64,000 nucleotides of DNA from Candidatus Cloacimonadales bacterium (GCA_963677495.2 CAXXOU010000003.1:477872-541871); one strand, 5' to 3'; shown: positions 53,601-61,806, numbered from the stretch's first letter. Made by a program: numbers and translations. Notes: a model not told the origin generated them from the letters alone.

Positions 53601-56600
53601 TGCCATTATTAACTCCCTGCACCATCAACAAGGTATTTAATGTGATTGGAAGTTGATAAGTTTCATTCATATCAACAACTATCTCATCAGTAGGTACTGT
53701 TAGCCAAGTTTGATTAGTACTTAGTGTGAAGCTCAATTCCGTTCCACCCTCATTTTCTATTGCAAGATATTCAATACTTTCAGAGCTTCCAACAACAAGT
53801 ACGTCCAATTCATCCGGTTGCACGAATATTGAAGGTGGTGTTACAACTGAACCTGTAACCGGAATATTGATTGTTTCGCTTCCAACAACATTCGTATTGA
53901 ATGTTATATTGAAATCACGATCTCCAAGAACTTGAACTGTTCCCGTTAAGTTTATATCTTCAGAACTTAGCGGTTGAATAGTCACTCCATCTATCGAAGT
54001 GATTAGTTCTGCATCTTCAGCCAAAATATTACTTATTACTAAATCAGCAAAACTAGTATTAGATACTGTAATTGTTTCATTCACCAATGTTCCGGAATAC
54101 AACTCTCCTAAATCTATGGATTGAGGAGTGTAAGAAATAGAGGGGATAAAATCTCCAGGTAACTCTATTGCTCCCATATCTGGTGCACTTCCAAAATAGT
54201 GCTGAGGAGAAAGATCAACAAACACTTCGTCATCTAACATCAAATATGCTGTTCCTGCATTAATACATGGTGACAAGTATGAGAGAGAAAAATCACCCAT
54301 CGCTATATCATTAAATTGTGGATTCCCTTCAATACAGTTAGCGTCAAAGGAAACAGTTGAGCCATTATCATTCTCAATAGCAGTAGGAGCTTGCGAAATC
54401 AATGAATAATAGAAGTCAAGTGTACTTGGTGAACCGGTAAATCCAACTTCAGAAGGTCCATTAGAATGGAAGATACTATTTACAAATTTGCCTTCTAATG
54501 CACCATTTACATAGAAACAGTTTCCACCCATTGATGACATGTTTTCTGCTATTGTACAGAAGTTAGTAGTTATATTACTATCTCCCATTGAATAGAATCC
54601 ACCACCTCTTCCTGCGTTGTTATTGAAGATTTGACAATACTCCATCTCAATATTTGATTCTTCTGAATAAATACCTGCTCCATTATTACTTTGATTCTCT
54701 CGAATCATACAATTCTTCAGAAGAACATCACTTTGATAACAATATAATCCACCTCCGTAACTAGCATTACCATAACTTATTTCAAAACCATTTATCTCAA
54801 CTTGCCCTGTATTGCTACTAATACTAACACAATGATTTGCGAAGTTACCATTTAGAACAGTTGTTTCAATGTATGTTGTATCGTTAGTTGTTTCAAATAG
54901 CGATGTAAGCTTAATAGATTTATTATTTATAGTTAGATTCTCATTGTATACTCCGGGATGAACCGATATTGTATCACCATCAATAGATGCAACAATAGCA
55001 TCTTGTATTGTTGCAAAGTCCAGTGGAACTATTATCGTCATTGGGACACGAGTAGTAGTAAAACTCCAAATTGGACAGTTTGTTGCATCGTCTCTAGTAT
55101 TGTTACTATCAAAATTAACACTGCTCAAAGAACTAATTCGAGAACCGGAAATGCTTCCAGATGTTCTAACATCATCAATATCTGTAGGTACAACTTGCCA
55201 GTAATAAGTACTACTGTTCTGTAGCTGCGTAGGTACCTGACACGTATGAACTCCATCACCATTATAAGAAACTGAAATGAAGGAAACATCTGAGAAATCA
55301 TTATCTGTATCAAAATAAACTTTGAACCTGACCGGATATGTATAACCAAGTTCATGAATATATTCCCATGACAACTCATTTAAACCAATTGGAACACCAT
55401 CTTCTCCATCCAATGGTATCGGATTTATGGCTATGTATGGTTCATTATTCGGTTGAGGTTCATGGTTATCAGTTTCGATAGTAATCAGATAAGATGTCTC
55501 ACCTTCCCTTGAGTTTCGAATCAGCCTTGAGTTACTTACTTCCGGTTGATTACTTGGTCTTGTGACCCTTAAGTAATAGAATCCTGCATCGGTAATGTTA
55601 GTTTCAATCCAAGGATTTGTACCATCATAGCTATTATCATCTGATGCAATATATGACATTTCATCAACATATATACCACCATTGTTATAAGGACCATAAA
55701 GATGCATCATGAGATCTACATTTGAATCTAAAATGTGCTCTGTATGCATACTTAATGTTGCTGGAGCTGCTTGCCAGAACAGATACCAATCAACGTCTGT
55801 TGATGGTTCCATCTTTGCTGGTATCTCATCAAAATCTAACTGAATCTCCGCTGCTGTATATGAAACTTCTCCATCATCAAAGAGATATTGAAGCTGGATA
55901 TTAGTAAATGCTGTCGGAGAGTAAGCATTATTAGTATAGTTAGCTCTAACTGCCCACTTATAAACATCAGGTTCTTGTATGTTCCAATCCATATCAACAT
56001 ACGTTGTGTCAGTTACTGTTGCTAACTCTTCCCATGAGTTTGAATCGTTCTCTTCTCCAGACAACAAACGATATACAGTATAATTAAGTAAAGAACGTGG
56101 ATTACTAGATGAAACTAAGGGATGAACTGGTTCAAATGGATTTCTGTATCTGCTTTGTTGTGTTATTCTAGTATGATCTACTTTCTCCTTTGATTTACTC
56201 CCACTGCTGAAATCACTATTATTAAAAGCAGTTCTACCAGTTGTATTTCCTACAGAAACATTATCTATGAATGTAGAATACCACAGTCCATCATCTGTTG
56301 GCCCATCATAGAAGTGCCAAGCAAGTTGGGTTGATTGTCCGGCATAGGGGCTTAGATCTAATATTACCGGTTCGGTATAATGATTATCTGCTTCAGGAAG
56401 TAAAGATGCATCCCATAGAGATGCCCAATTTGCTCCACCATCTGTCGTTACTTTAACTTCATAATGATCTTGGTTCGTTGAGCCATAGTGTCCATAAAAG
56501 TCAAACGTAAGATTAGCATTCTCAGGGCATGTAAACACATAGGTCTTCAACCACTCATCTTGATTAGTGTAAGCCCATTGTACACCTGTCTGATATGAAC

Positions 56601-59600
56601 CTTCTGTTGGAACTACAGGTGGTGAATAAGCAACTGTTCCAAACTGTAAGAATGTGCTTCCATCTGGATTCGTGTCTTGTACACTCCATCCTGTTGGAGG
56701 AAACTCATTTTCAAAGCCTTGTACATATCCTGAGACATTTCCGGCTCCACCTTGATATGGTAAGTTCCATGATATACGAACATTATTTCCTTCTACCTCA
56801 GAAATAGCATTTGTTGCAGGATAAGTTATCTCTTGCACTGTTATCTGTCCTAAATCAAGATCTGTGACTCCAACATCTGCAATAACGCTTGTGCTATAGT
56901 ACCCATCAGCACTCGCTACACAACTATATTGGGTTTCAACCTGCACAGGTAGTGTAAAGTATCCCTGATTATCAGTATCAACTGTATAGTTAAAATCACC
57001 AAACAGTTCTACTAAACCTACTATGCCGGAGGATGTATCGGATGCAATAATCTGCCCTGATAGCTGCACAATATCCTCTGTTTCAAATGACCATATTGGA
57101 CAGTTCACTGCATTCCCAAACTGGTTATAAGGAACTACTTGCCAATAGTAGGTTGTGTCCATTTGTAAGTTGTTAAAATCATGATAAAGATTAGTCTCAG
57201 CATCTGACATATAGAATACATTTGTAGGTGGGTTATCAGTACCTAAACTAACATAATAGCCTGCAGAAAAAGCTGAACTATTCCACTCCAAAGCACCATT
57301 AATCGGTACATGATCTTGACCATCCATAGGTTGAACAAATGATGTAAATAATGGAGGTGATGTGCTTAGGTCAAACTCATATACTTCTATATCATCTATT
57401 ATCTGAGGAGTATTATATGACCTTCCGTGTGCAACCAAAGCTTGATTTGTGTACAAAGATACATCAACGCTATTTGTACTTGTCCAAACATGACTTCCAT
57501 TTCGATAGAATGAAACTGTGTTATCTGAGTTTATCTGAACTCTGTAACTAATCCAGATATCATTAAACTCATTGTCTGTCCAAAGTTCAACATAATATTC
57601 GTCTGGAATAAAGTACCTTACCTCCAAGTCATCAGTTGATGGTTGTATCATTATACCAATTAAATCTGCCGGTTGAGAACTTGTTCCATTAAAGTCATCT
57701 GCTATTGTTGACGACCATGCTACAGATAAATTTTGCCAATGAGGATAACTGCTATTACCCTTTCCAACAAATTCAAATGACGGTCTTTCTGTTAAATCAA
57801 AAGTTTGGTAAGTTGTTGCACCACTTTGATAACTACTATCACCATTAGCATCAAAACCGTCAGTTCCGTTAAATCCTTCACCACTTCGTAAAAGTGGTAC
57901 CGGGCTTCCCCATGTCTTCCAAACTACAGGGTCTATATCGTTTTCCCAATCTTCACGGAACATACATCCATCATAGGTTGTAAAACTCCAAATAGGACCA
58001 CTTGTATAATCTCCGTTTGCATCATAAGGAGTAACTTGCCAATAATATGTTGTTAAGGGTTGTAAGTCAGCAAAGGAGTAATTGGTTGAATTTCCATTAT
58101 CATATAGACTAAGGATATCAGCTGGAGGATTATCACTACCAAATGATAACCTATATCCTGTTGCTCCTACAGCTTCATTCCAATCAAGTAAACCCGAGAA
58201 TTGCAAATCAGTTTCACCATCAGTTGGATTGCACGATGGATACCACAACCACTCTTCTAACTGCTCGGGTGAAGCAGCATAGCATAATGCCATATTATCT
58301 ATCACTGGTCCACCAATCTCATTGTTTCTATATTCATGCCCAATTGTACCATCTGCATTCTCGATACCAATACATACGTCTCCAAAAATCGAATCAGAAC
58401 CTGAATCTCCATTAGGATTGTTATAATTCCGATATTGTATTTTTATTCTTCCTGTTGGATATAAAATCAGCTGAACATCAACATATTCTGAAGTATCTCC
58501 ATAATCACACCACTGTAATGCAGTGAAAACAAAATTACCCCAATCATCATTTCCATAAAAATAAGTTGATGGTATAGTCCCTAAATCTAAGTCCATAGCA
58601 AGCAGGGAAATTACATCATTTGGACTAGAGTTATCAGGTATTGTCATATTGCGTTCTTCAGTATAGTTACATGTAGGATTAGAAAACATCACTGTTCCAT
58701 TAGAAGAAATGTAAACACTTGAATACTCATTACCGAAATAGTTAAACGTGAATCCTAAAGGTATTGGAGGATCTGTATATCCTTCATCTGTTGAAGTGTA
58801 TGTACTTGTAGCTATTAAAGCTGGAACTATGCCTGTTGTACTGATATCAATCCAATCATAAGTAGGTTGATACCCTAAGCCATTCCCATTAACTTTACTA
58901 TTAGCAAAGTAGTAGCCACCATAAAGAGTTCCATCACCACCATAGTTCTGGTTAGACCTAACAGTGAAGCTATAACTTGATGCAGGAATAGGACTTTCAC
59001 CATTATCATTATATCCTGTAACATACCAATAATATGTTAACTCATTAACTAATTGGTTAGTTAGTGTATATTCATTCACTAGCCCCAAATTTGTTTGAGT
59101 AAAGTTTGAATTATCATCACTCAAATACAAATAGTACCCTTGTGCCCAATTATCTATACTCCATGAAAATACAGGAAATTCACTCACACCGGTAGCTGTA
59201 TCATTAGGTGTACTCAATGAAATCACATCAGGTAAATTTGCAGTTGTTGAAAAACTCCAAGTCTCGTAACCTATAGCATTACCATTTGAGTTATAGGGAA
59301 TTACTTCCCAATAATATGTTGTATTACCATTTAGATTGTTGACATCAAGTGTTATACCATCATCAATATCATTCAAGTAATAGATATTTGTTGGGGGATT
59401 ATCAGTACCAAGATTGATGTAGTATCCATCAGCATGACTATCTTCATTCCATTCTAATGTTACATCAAAGAATTGATTAACAGCTCCATTACTTGGTGCA
59501 ATATAAGTAACCGGGTTAGGAGGAGAGGAAGTTGTTATAAAGCTCCAAATTGGACAATTAACAGCATCACCATTCACATTGTACGGTACTATTTGCCAGT

Positions 59601-61806
59601 AATATGTTGTTCCACCTATTAAACCATTGTAATCATAGGTAAGTGCATTACCTTGGTCAACCCCGTTAACTATGTCTGTCGGAGGGTTATCAGTACCTAA
59701 ACTTAGTTTATATCCATCACTTAAGAATGATACATCCCATTCTAGCACTCCTCCTGTTAACTGATCAATTGAACCATCCAAGGGAGAAATACATGATGTT
59801 GCGTTTGGAGGAGCTGAATTATCATAAACGATTAAGTTATCGATAAAAAGATCTGGTCCATAACCGGAAATTGCATCAAATTTTAGCATAAATACTGTGT
59901 TTGCATAAGAATGAAGAGCCACTGTTTCCGTAATAAATGAGCCAGCAGATGTATTTCCTGCTCCATCATTTGATTCAAATGTATCTCCAGTTTCATTCCA
60001 GATTGAAACCCATGATAAACCATTATCAATTGAAATACTAACATCTAGTTCATCGTCAGGATAACTTGAATCATAATGATGTGACCAATCAAATGACATT
60101 GCTGGATTGATTCCAGTTGCATCAAACGAAATTGTAGTAAATTCTGCATTATTGGGTACTTGCCAATTCCAAAAACTAGCTTCTAGTGATGGAGCCGGAG
60201 TGCCGGCCGATGAGTACAATGACCAGTTTTGAGTTCCATTTTCTTGATATCCTATTGGAGGATATGAATCAAATGATTGGATATATGGATATGTAATTGC
60301 AATTGTTTCGTACGTTGTAAAACTCCACACAGGACAATTAGAAGCGTTTCCGTTAGCATTATATGGTGTTACTTGCCAATAATACGTTGTTGAATCAGTT
60401 AAGTTATTATAAGCATATGATAGAACAGTTCCTTGATCTCCTCCGTAAACAATGTTTGTTGGCGGGTAGTCACTACCAAAGTATAAGTAATAACCATCTG
60501 CATTGCTTACAGAATTCCATTCAAGGATACCGGATGTCAGCTGACCTGAAGAATTGTCTAATGGAGCAACAAGAGTAGTTGGTGTTGGAGGATTAGCATT
60601 ATCGAAGATTTCAATATCATCAAGACAAATATCACCACGATAGCTAGATGATTCCATTCCTCTAAAGTCAAATGAAACTGTTTGTCCGGTATATGCTACT
60701 AGACTAACTGAACCAAGTGTCCACCCATCAGTTACTGCTCCGCTAGGGTTAGTAAATACAGCAACAGATGCATCTGTACCTGTATCAGAGATTACATCAA
60801 TATGAAGTTCTGAACTATTCGAACCATCTCCAATCCAATAATATAATGAAAGCACAGGATTAGTAAGACCGACTAAGTCGAATTCCGGTGAATAAAGATG
60901 AGCTGGAACTGTCTGAGGTGTTGAGTCATCAATCACCATCATATATCCTCCGTTTCCTGTATGTTCAGCTATAGCACCATGACCTCCGATTTCATAGTTA
61001 GCAACTTCCCAACTGTCACCTGTAACTACAGGATCTACAGTCCAGCCTAAAGGAACAGAACTTGTATCAAATGTTTGTTCATAAGGGAAAGTATCGAATA
61101 ATGTTTGATAAGTCGCAAAACTCCACACCGGACATCCAACAGCTGAACCTGAATTATTATATGGCACAACTTGCCAATAGTATGTAGTATTACTGGTCAA
61201 TCCTGTAGCATTATAAGTAAGGACATTTCCGTTATCCCACATATGTACAATGTTCGTTGGAGGGTTATCAGTTCCTAAGTTTAAGTAGTAACCTGTAGCA
61301 TCTGGGTCGATACCCCAATTAAGTGTTACGTTTAATAACTGATTCACACTTCCATCATTTGGAAATACAGCTATGACTGGATTAGGAATAACCAGTGAAC
61401 CATCAATCATAGTGATTTCATTATATGTTGGGTCCCAAACATCAAAACTGCTACTTGTCAAAGTCATTGAAGTATTTAAATAATCACCTGAGGATATTTC
61501 TTCAACATAAATCTCAACTACATCACCTGCCGACCACGGATTTACAAAGTCAGCACATTGAATTTGAAGTATTGATATCATGCCGTTAGGTGCTTCAATT
61601 TCATTTATAAAAGATGTTGAAGGTGATGTTGAGGGACTTAATACATCTCCCGGCCAATTTGTAGGTCTTTCTGCACTCCAAGTGAAATCACTCTCATTTA
61701 TGGTGTTTCCCTCAGAGTCTACGAACCCTATATATGCAGTATGTGGCTGTGAAAAGATAGCAAAAATTAATAAACAAATAAATAAACATAGAATAACTCG
61801 CTTCAT
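41692..61806 (-). CDS. Giant 6704-aa secreted multidomain surface protein (FN3-like repeats, MAM/cleaved-adhesin-like, beta-helix, LamG-like, many ASH/choice-of-anchor-D Ig-like, PKD and cadherin-like domains)
   Basis: 20.1-kb uninterrupted ORF; signal peptide MKRVILCLFICLLIFAIFS; about 8 'GY.L.LGTDNPP...TTYYWQV.PYN..CP.WSF' repeats; repeated 'DFG...I.N.G...L' Ig units; FTVETW..NGSVDDFRVW (LamG); WEWDF..G..S..QNP (PKD); very acidic composition. Confidence 0.9.
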   Translation of the reverse strand: MKRVILCLFICLLIFAIFSQPHTAYIGFVDSEGNTINESDFTWSAERPTNWPGDVLSPSTSPSTSFINEIEAPNGMISILQIQCADFVNPWSAGDVVEIYVEEISSGDYLNTSMTLTSSSFDVWDPTYNEITMIDGSLVIPNPVIAVFPNDGSVNQLLNVTLNWGIDPDATGYYLNLGTDNPPTNIVHMWDNGNVLTYNATGLTSNTTYYWQVVPYNNSGSAVGCPVWSFATYQTLFDTFPYEQTFDTSSVPLGWTVDPVVTGDSWEVANYEIGGHGAIAEHTGNGGYMMVIDDSTPQTVPAHLYSPEFDLVGLTNPVLSLYYWIGDGSNSSELHIDVISDTGTDASVAVFTNPSGAVTDGWTLGSVSLVAYTGQTVSFDFRGMESSSYRGDICLDDIEIFDNANPPTPTTLVAPLDNSSGQLTSGILEWNSVSNADGYYLYFGSDYPPTNIVYGGDQGTVLSYAYNNLTDSTTYYWQVTPYNANGNASNCPVWSFTTYETIAITYPYIQSFDSYPPIGYQENGTQNWSLYSSAGTPAPSLEASFWNWQVPNNAEFTTISFDATGINPAMSFDWSHHYDSSYPDDELDVSISIDNGLSWVSIWNETGDTFESNDGAGNTSAGSFITETVALHSYANTVFMLKFDAISGYGPDLFIDNLIVYDNSAPPNATSCISPLDGSIDQLTGGVLEWDVSFLSDGYKLSLGTDNPPTDIVNGVDQGNALTYDYNGLIGGTTYYWQIVPYNVNGDAVNCPIWSFITTSSPPNPVTYIAPSNGAVNQFFDVTLEWNEDSHADGYYINLGTDNPPTNIYYLNDIDDGITLDVNNLNGNTTYYWEVIPYNSNGNAIGYETWSFSTTANLPDVISLSTPNDTATGVSEFPVFSWSIDNWAQGYYLYLSDDNSNFTQTNLGLVNEYTLTNQLVNELTYYWYVTGYNDNGESPIPASSYSFTVRSNQNYGGDGTLYGGYYFANSKVNGNGLGYQPTYDWIDISTTGIVPALIATSTYTSTDEGYTDPPIPLGFTFNYFGNEYSSVYISSNGTVMFSNPTCNYTEERNMTIPDNSSPNDVISLLAMDLDLGTIPSTYFYGNDDWGNFVFTALQWCDYGDTSEYVDVQLILYPTGRIKIQYRNYNNPNGDSGSDSIFGDVCIGIENADGTIGHEYRNNEIGGPVIDNMALCYAASPEQLEEWLWYPSCNPTDGETDLQFSGLLDWNEAVGATGYRLSFGSDNPPADILSLYDNGNSTNYSFADLQPLTTYYWQVTPYDANGDYTSGPIWSFTTYDGCMFREDWENDIDPVVWKTWGSPVPLLRSGEGFNGTDGFDANGDSSYQSGATTYQTFDLTERPSFEFVGKGNSSYPHWQNLSVAWSSTIADDFNGTSSQPADLIGIMIQPSTDDLEVRYFIPDEYYVELWTDNEFNDIWISYRVQINSDNTVSFYRNGSHVWTSTNSVDVSLYTNQALVAHGRSYNTPQIIDDIEVYEFDLSTSPPLFTSFVQPMDGQDHVPINGALEWNSSAFSAGYYVSLGTDNPPTNVFYMSDAETNLYHDFNNLQMDTTYYWQVVPYNQFGNAVNCPIWSFETEDIVQLSGQIIASDTSSGIVGLVELFGDFNYTVDTDNQGYFTLPVQVETQYSCVASADGYYSTSVIADVGVTDLDLGQITVQEITYPATNAISEVEGNNVRISWNLPYQGGAGNVSGYVQGFENEFPPTGWSVQDTNPDGSTFLQFGTVAYSPPVVPTEGSYQTGVQWAYTNQDEWLKTYVFTCPENANLTFDFYGHYGSTNQDHYEVKVTTDGGANWASLWDASLLPEADNHYTEPVILDLSPYAGQSTQLAWHFYDGPTDDGLWYSTFIDNVSVGNTTGRTAFNNSDFSSGSKSKEKVDHTRITQQSRYRNPFEPVHPLVSSSNPRSLLNYTVYRLLSGEENDSNSWEELATVTDTTYVDMDWNIQEPDVYKWAVRANYTNNAYSPTAFTNIQLQYLFDDGEVSYTAAEIQLDFDEIPAKMEPSTDVDWYLFWQAAPATLSMHTEHILDSNVDLMMHLYGPYNNGGIYVDEMSYIASDDNSYDGTNPWIETNITDAGFYYLRVTRPSNQPEVSNSRLIRNSREGETSYLITIETDNHEPQPNNEPYIAINPIPLDGEDGVPIGLNELSWEYIHELGYTYPVRFKVYFDTDNDFSDVSFISVSYNGDGVHTCQVPTQLQNSSTYYWQVVPTDIDDVRTSGSISGSRISSLSSVNFDSNNTRDDATNCPIWSFTTTRVPMTIIVPLDFATIQDAIVASIDGDTISVHPGVYNENLTINNKSIKLTSLFETTNDTTYIETTVLNGNFANHCVSISSNTGQVEINGFEISYGNASYGGGLYCYQSDVLLKNCMIRENQSNNGAGIYSEESNIEMEYCQIFNNNAGRGGGFYSMGDSNITTNFCTIAENMSSMGGNCFYVNGALEGKFVNSIFHSNGPSEVGFTGSPSTLDFYYSLISQAPTAIENDNGSTVSFDANCIEGNPQFNDIAMGDFSLSYLSPCINAGTAYLMLDDEVFVDLSPQHYFGSAPDMGAIELPGDFIPSISYTPQSIDLGELYSGTLVNETITVSNTSFADLVISNILAEDAELITSIDGVTIQPLSSEDINLTGTVQVLGDRDFNITFNTNVVGSETINIPVTGSVVTPPSIFVQPDELDVLVVGSSESIEYLAIENEGGTELSFTLSTNQTWLTVPTDEIVVDMNETYQLPITLNTLLMVQGVNNGTVTFMTNDPDNPIFDFNVTVRKEYLNYTNFDNMNNQGEFSPDNDLSVSLGHGSAIQPVEFAIYSDPNEQVNTVDLIIRGRDIDSALGERCIVYLNENQVGVLTGLDVTTSINNFPISPDILSADGINIVKIELDVDMMGDNLFIDSGQLIINNEQGDAHIRSVNLDSSRYYPGSSVAVIEEIDTSNSVFAANINTTLTQSGTALSNSVDFEHVYGSNDDAITVNLGIPITAEIGTAFVNIYVLDSLGKCHDYLVTPLEVEPHVPDIDVSISEIDFGVTPDNVPVVREFTIANSGLNTLSVTSIGTNIPEYTVVPNSADILPGNEQLITVTFLPQEVGNHDGFLTIASNDDDESFIVLNLYGEAIANIPYLESSIDALEFGDVFNVIPETKDVIITNSGPATLDFNWESTEDSFIIQAGTASLETGETHTLEVTFAPQSSGQFNGQLNITSNAPNAPTLAINMVGTGILAPEMQLSNQAYNLYLQSGVSHTENLQVQNTGLSDLIWKMHQNMGNALQLDGNPGDSQYGVIDNSSEIQLFDGEFTVETWFKVDSDYSQSPTGVITSNGTGIQYIISKSDESSDGFFGIYTNGLDSGDDKKELHLMMRAPNDLLHLTIPDCIEHHIWYQASVVYSANQVHFYLNQELVAESTLSNYNGNTDPWVVGKLLPIDRRWYRLNGSVDDFRVWDDARTETEIFMYSHTRLIGDETGLNGYWSMDAGLDDTTQYANDGVLFGSYELERSTLTDTPEWLTSSLPQGNTTQSTNETLVLIVNTASMITGDYTANIMFESNDPINSEVFLPINLVVTGTANIALTPDNLDFGTVVTAITDTLSFSIINTGTDNLEIYNISSPLPAFTPSITTTTIVPGSSERVIVSFTPDSDIVYNTDLIVSTSLSPSDYQIGLLGEGVLPPSANVQPAQLALNMQNGTTGIETIQVSNAITQGTQLEYYIEIEETSSRNNVEAEYANIPQNIHGMAEIFGTFYLIDYDDSQLVKYDKDTEQVLETIDIHLAPWGIAKSNEGYWIGSSSGTFYHFDLNDTLLGTFSNDLMTNPAFCCDGTNLYITDSSIPYAQVYKVSSDGTVLETYNRSFSGAVNALTWVESHETGQLWALNSDNNQLRRLRIGNTIQHQQLINVPDWGTSYSICHDGRDLYVAGLYNTFIHRVDDGINEFSWLSYSDYSGVVNADTSENIDFIIDATSLFAGNYFANINITTNDPNNRYIVIPVQLSVSADPEVVYPSAYDLETVYTGEQVLGSIVVSNNGYADLSLTNFSSDLPEIQFQQQLLNISPWSQQSIEFMFTANASGQYSGNIQFNSNDPEHSMITILITANAVGEPVIQINQTSFQAALHDTEVALYDLVIENIGGTPLSYQIQLDKDTSRRVQPQFRDGNRDDLGDYAPEEVINVDSITDRIDFNPSQRTLAELYDVLPQSVPANSSGMAWINDELYILDRENDQLLKWNETQAIWYSYPVHDEAYSLTYDGSDIWISNQSGYVYSYDAASLMSTGNSFDTGFSDFSSITFNGTDFYAVSAGDINPVIRTLDYQGNILSEYIIPEQGLLTQIIYVPSYLDNHLWAYFFPAVDDGAGNIIYPTAEIIRLELSGSTAHIVEREDLYDDRKCDALAFDGRDFFFCDYDGPIYKVDDGFWLSAQPYSGIVESGSSESVEIALNSNHLNGGQYNGNVYITSNDPQNSVLTIPVSMFVTGIPDIALSSTSLDFGLVTTITPEERQLEISNEGTDALVLSNIQCDLPEFTVSDANMVLEPGQTDQLTITFNPNNEIEYTGLLLIETNIPDNPSITVNLTGSGIIARPEANITVNEIVLGTVNIGDTGRVGLEIENTGLLDLSLNPISTETSVFSPEVTSLNIQPSDIGTLWVLFQPVNSGEANDVLTIYTNDQDNPLFEIALSGIGFEPDADMIVSSETVDFGLINVGDTGELALNISNIGIGTLYISDITFDNNLFDYVLENTILETGQNSVVNVLFSPIDELHVQATMTIHSNDLTETEKVIALSGTGQYVPSISLDQTSFEWFITDENIQNNFLSVTNNGLSDLYILTEELDSRVPWLSVSPDSLAISPNNSADITLTVNTIGLDYGLHNAEFRLRTNVPDNRIIDIPLLLSYGGYNFTTNDNENNLMTGIADNDLDININEQSALAPVEFNIFIDEPSVTSAQLRIRAKDIDNNEVSQVYLNNIYLGDLKVSPDNWNTSYFNLDPSILNTSPSTPNTVRIDLDVTSQDAGSSMIDSGLLILNSLQPNAMINNLNLESVDVYQGSSVAVSYELSSNLNTQDVIVYSRLLSGDTVLDQTIIPQTLDFNSSLPLQSTLNIPPDANPGTYQIEITLYDPAKGSDEDVEAINVEVDAYAPQVMLVNQNVDFQNCFIGVTETRNAVIYNNGYAPLILDNIQVSGDGYSYLDVQPFNSQLMNNMRDRTISVPVEQSQTLSIAFTAINEGVNTGQLTFTSNDPAVPVVTVSLTAEASYPPQIGFNPLNISKTVYLGMSNVDSLLISNNGQGNLYIYNIIKNNLAWLNLEQTSMTIPPAGSSYLRYTADAGQMGGGHYLGQLTFLTNEPGNETLNLQAHLEVIDRPVIAQFSVDNPSGPAPHLVQFTDSSTTIDNSTIVLWEWDFDSDGIIDSNEQNPSYQYLSKGYYDVSLTVTNENGISNTAVYENYVHVLNTPPSLISNIPDMEIVVNSSNNDLNLNNYFNDADNDPLRFYATGQSHSSVIIQNGYVTINTYSWQGIEQIVFTCRDDDNAAVTDTISVRIRPVNEAPILSLPDDITILMNTSSVVDFADYIYDSDQTDDELTLTFTDNIHTHFNVIGTDVTISADSSWSGVEVVTVNVSDNQGRSVTSDTLSIEVLDALVPQFTVDNLAPWGGEEIYFTDLTEGNVTVWEWDFESDGTPDLFTQHPNHTYNISGDYYVTLTVRSEPGGTAYSHTSSTPIVVNGTGVPGGDIIDETWSPASSPYNVFGQVSVPATGRLQVEPGVVVNVFTDDPFLIEGELIADGATFTTELDTNWGGFMFMDGSDSSDMSGCIVLNADTPLTITGGSPEFSDMVFLAAPDTLNRSLSTGTGLSISGATSPILSYIEVSGYGTGLVLDTSAGYSPSLNNITIDNPSLDGTGCHISGAAIVDSLEIIDYETGLLLDDDDQVPTLTNVRIRNSENSVRNLREGLLINGFSSANITGLDIEGYGTAILMDNDSATLATPTLTNVRVRNSENSVRTDTYGIYVSGSISTSLIDVETDNFNTGVYYEQLGTIETTPTLTNVRIRNSENSSRNNGEGFILSGSVSATIDSLLVEDYESGILLTNDSATTATPTLTNVRVRNSENSVRPDTKGLVVTGSLSPTIDGLEIEDMSIGLELYDVDSSFDVPTLTNVRVRNSENSSRVATKGISISGSCSFEIDDCEIENYPQGIELYTDNSANMTTPVLTNIRVRNSENSSRPIPLRVLDETVFGLKASGRVNLQVRDYISENTGNGLVYLLDGDLGREVPTLTNVRVRNSENSVRPNSYGFYLRNIPRIYCDSDTLSGIDYGLVFDNRTSNRATPTLTNVRIRNSENSSRLTGIGLDLGNNVDALIEGCKIDGFHTGVKVRGTNNSTISSNLLTNNAVGFDLNSTLSEMHENVVIATSDMASQMISAVKVVNNAELDVSKFTIDNYPHALEAQNVSVNLDNSIIWSDSPIAQPYDITNAIITARYCDSNTTTPVAGIGNLNVDPMFTDAANGDYSLYYQSPLIDAGDIDSDGDGWTYYDGDMDDSDPDGTRLDMGGIYYHHEVSIIVDDQTIIQGTPSVYHADIHGHIPEVVTISWDFGDGGTSTQQDVTYTYANSGVYSVRLIVASDTLIDTVYHENHVLVSQLPLPAPQNFTAFVAGNNIILNWDPIVNDYYGNPVTVNHYLIYWSDSPDSEFRYLGDSGLLTTYTDQNVRHSMKYYKLIGFVGDLRALNEYLTQTRGVLALPTFSSSSNSGLRSSRE
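42925..44157 (-). repeat. Eight copies of the in-frame peptide motif P(T/V)LTN(V/I)R(V/I)RNSENS(V/S)R
   Basis: Counted in the translation at about 55-65 aa spacing within the C-terminal beta-helix; codons differ synonymously between copies. Confidence 0.92.
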
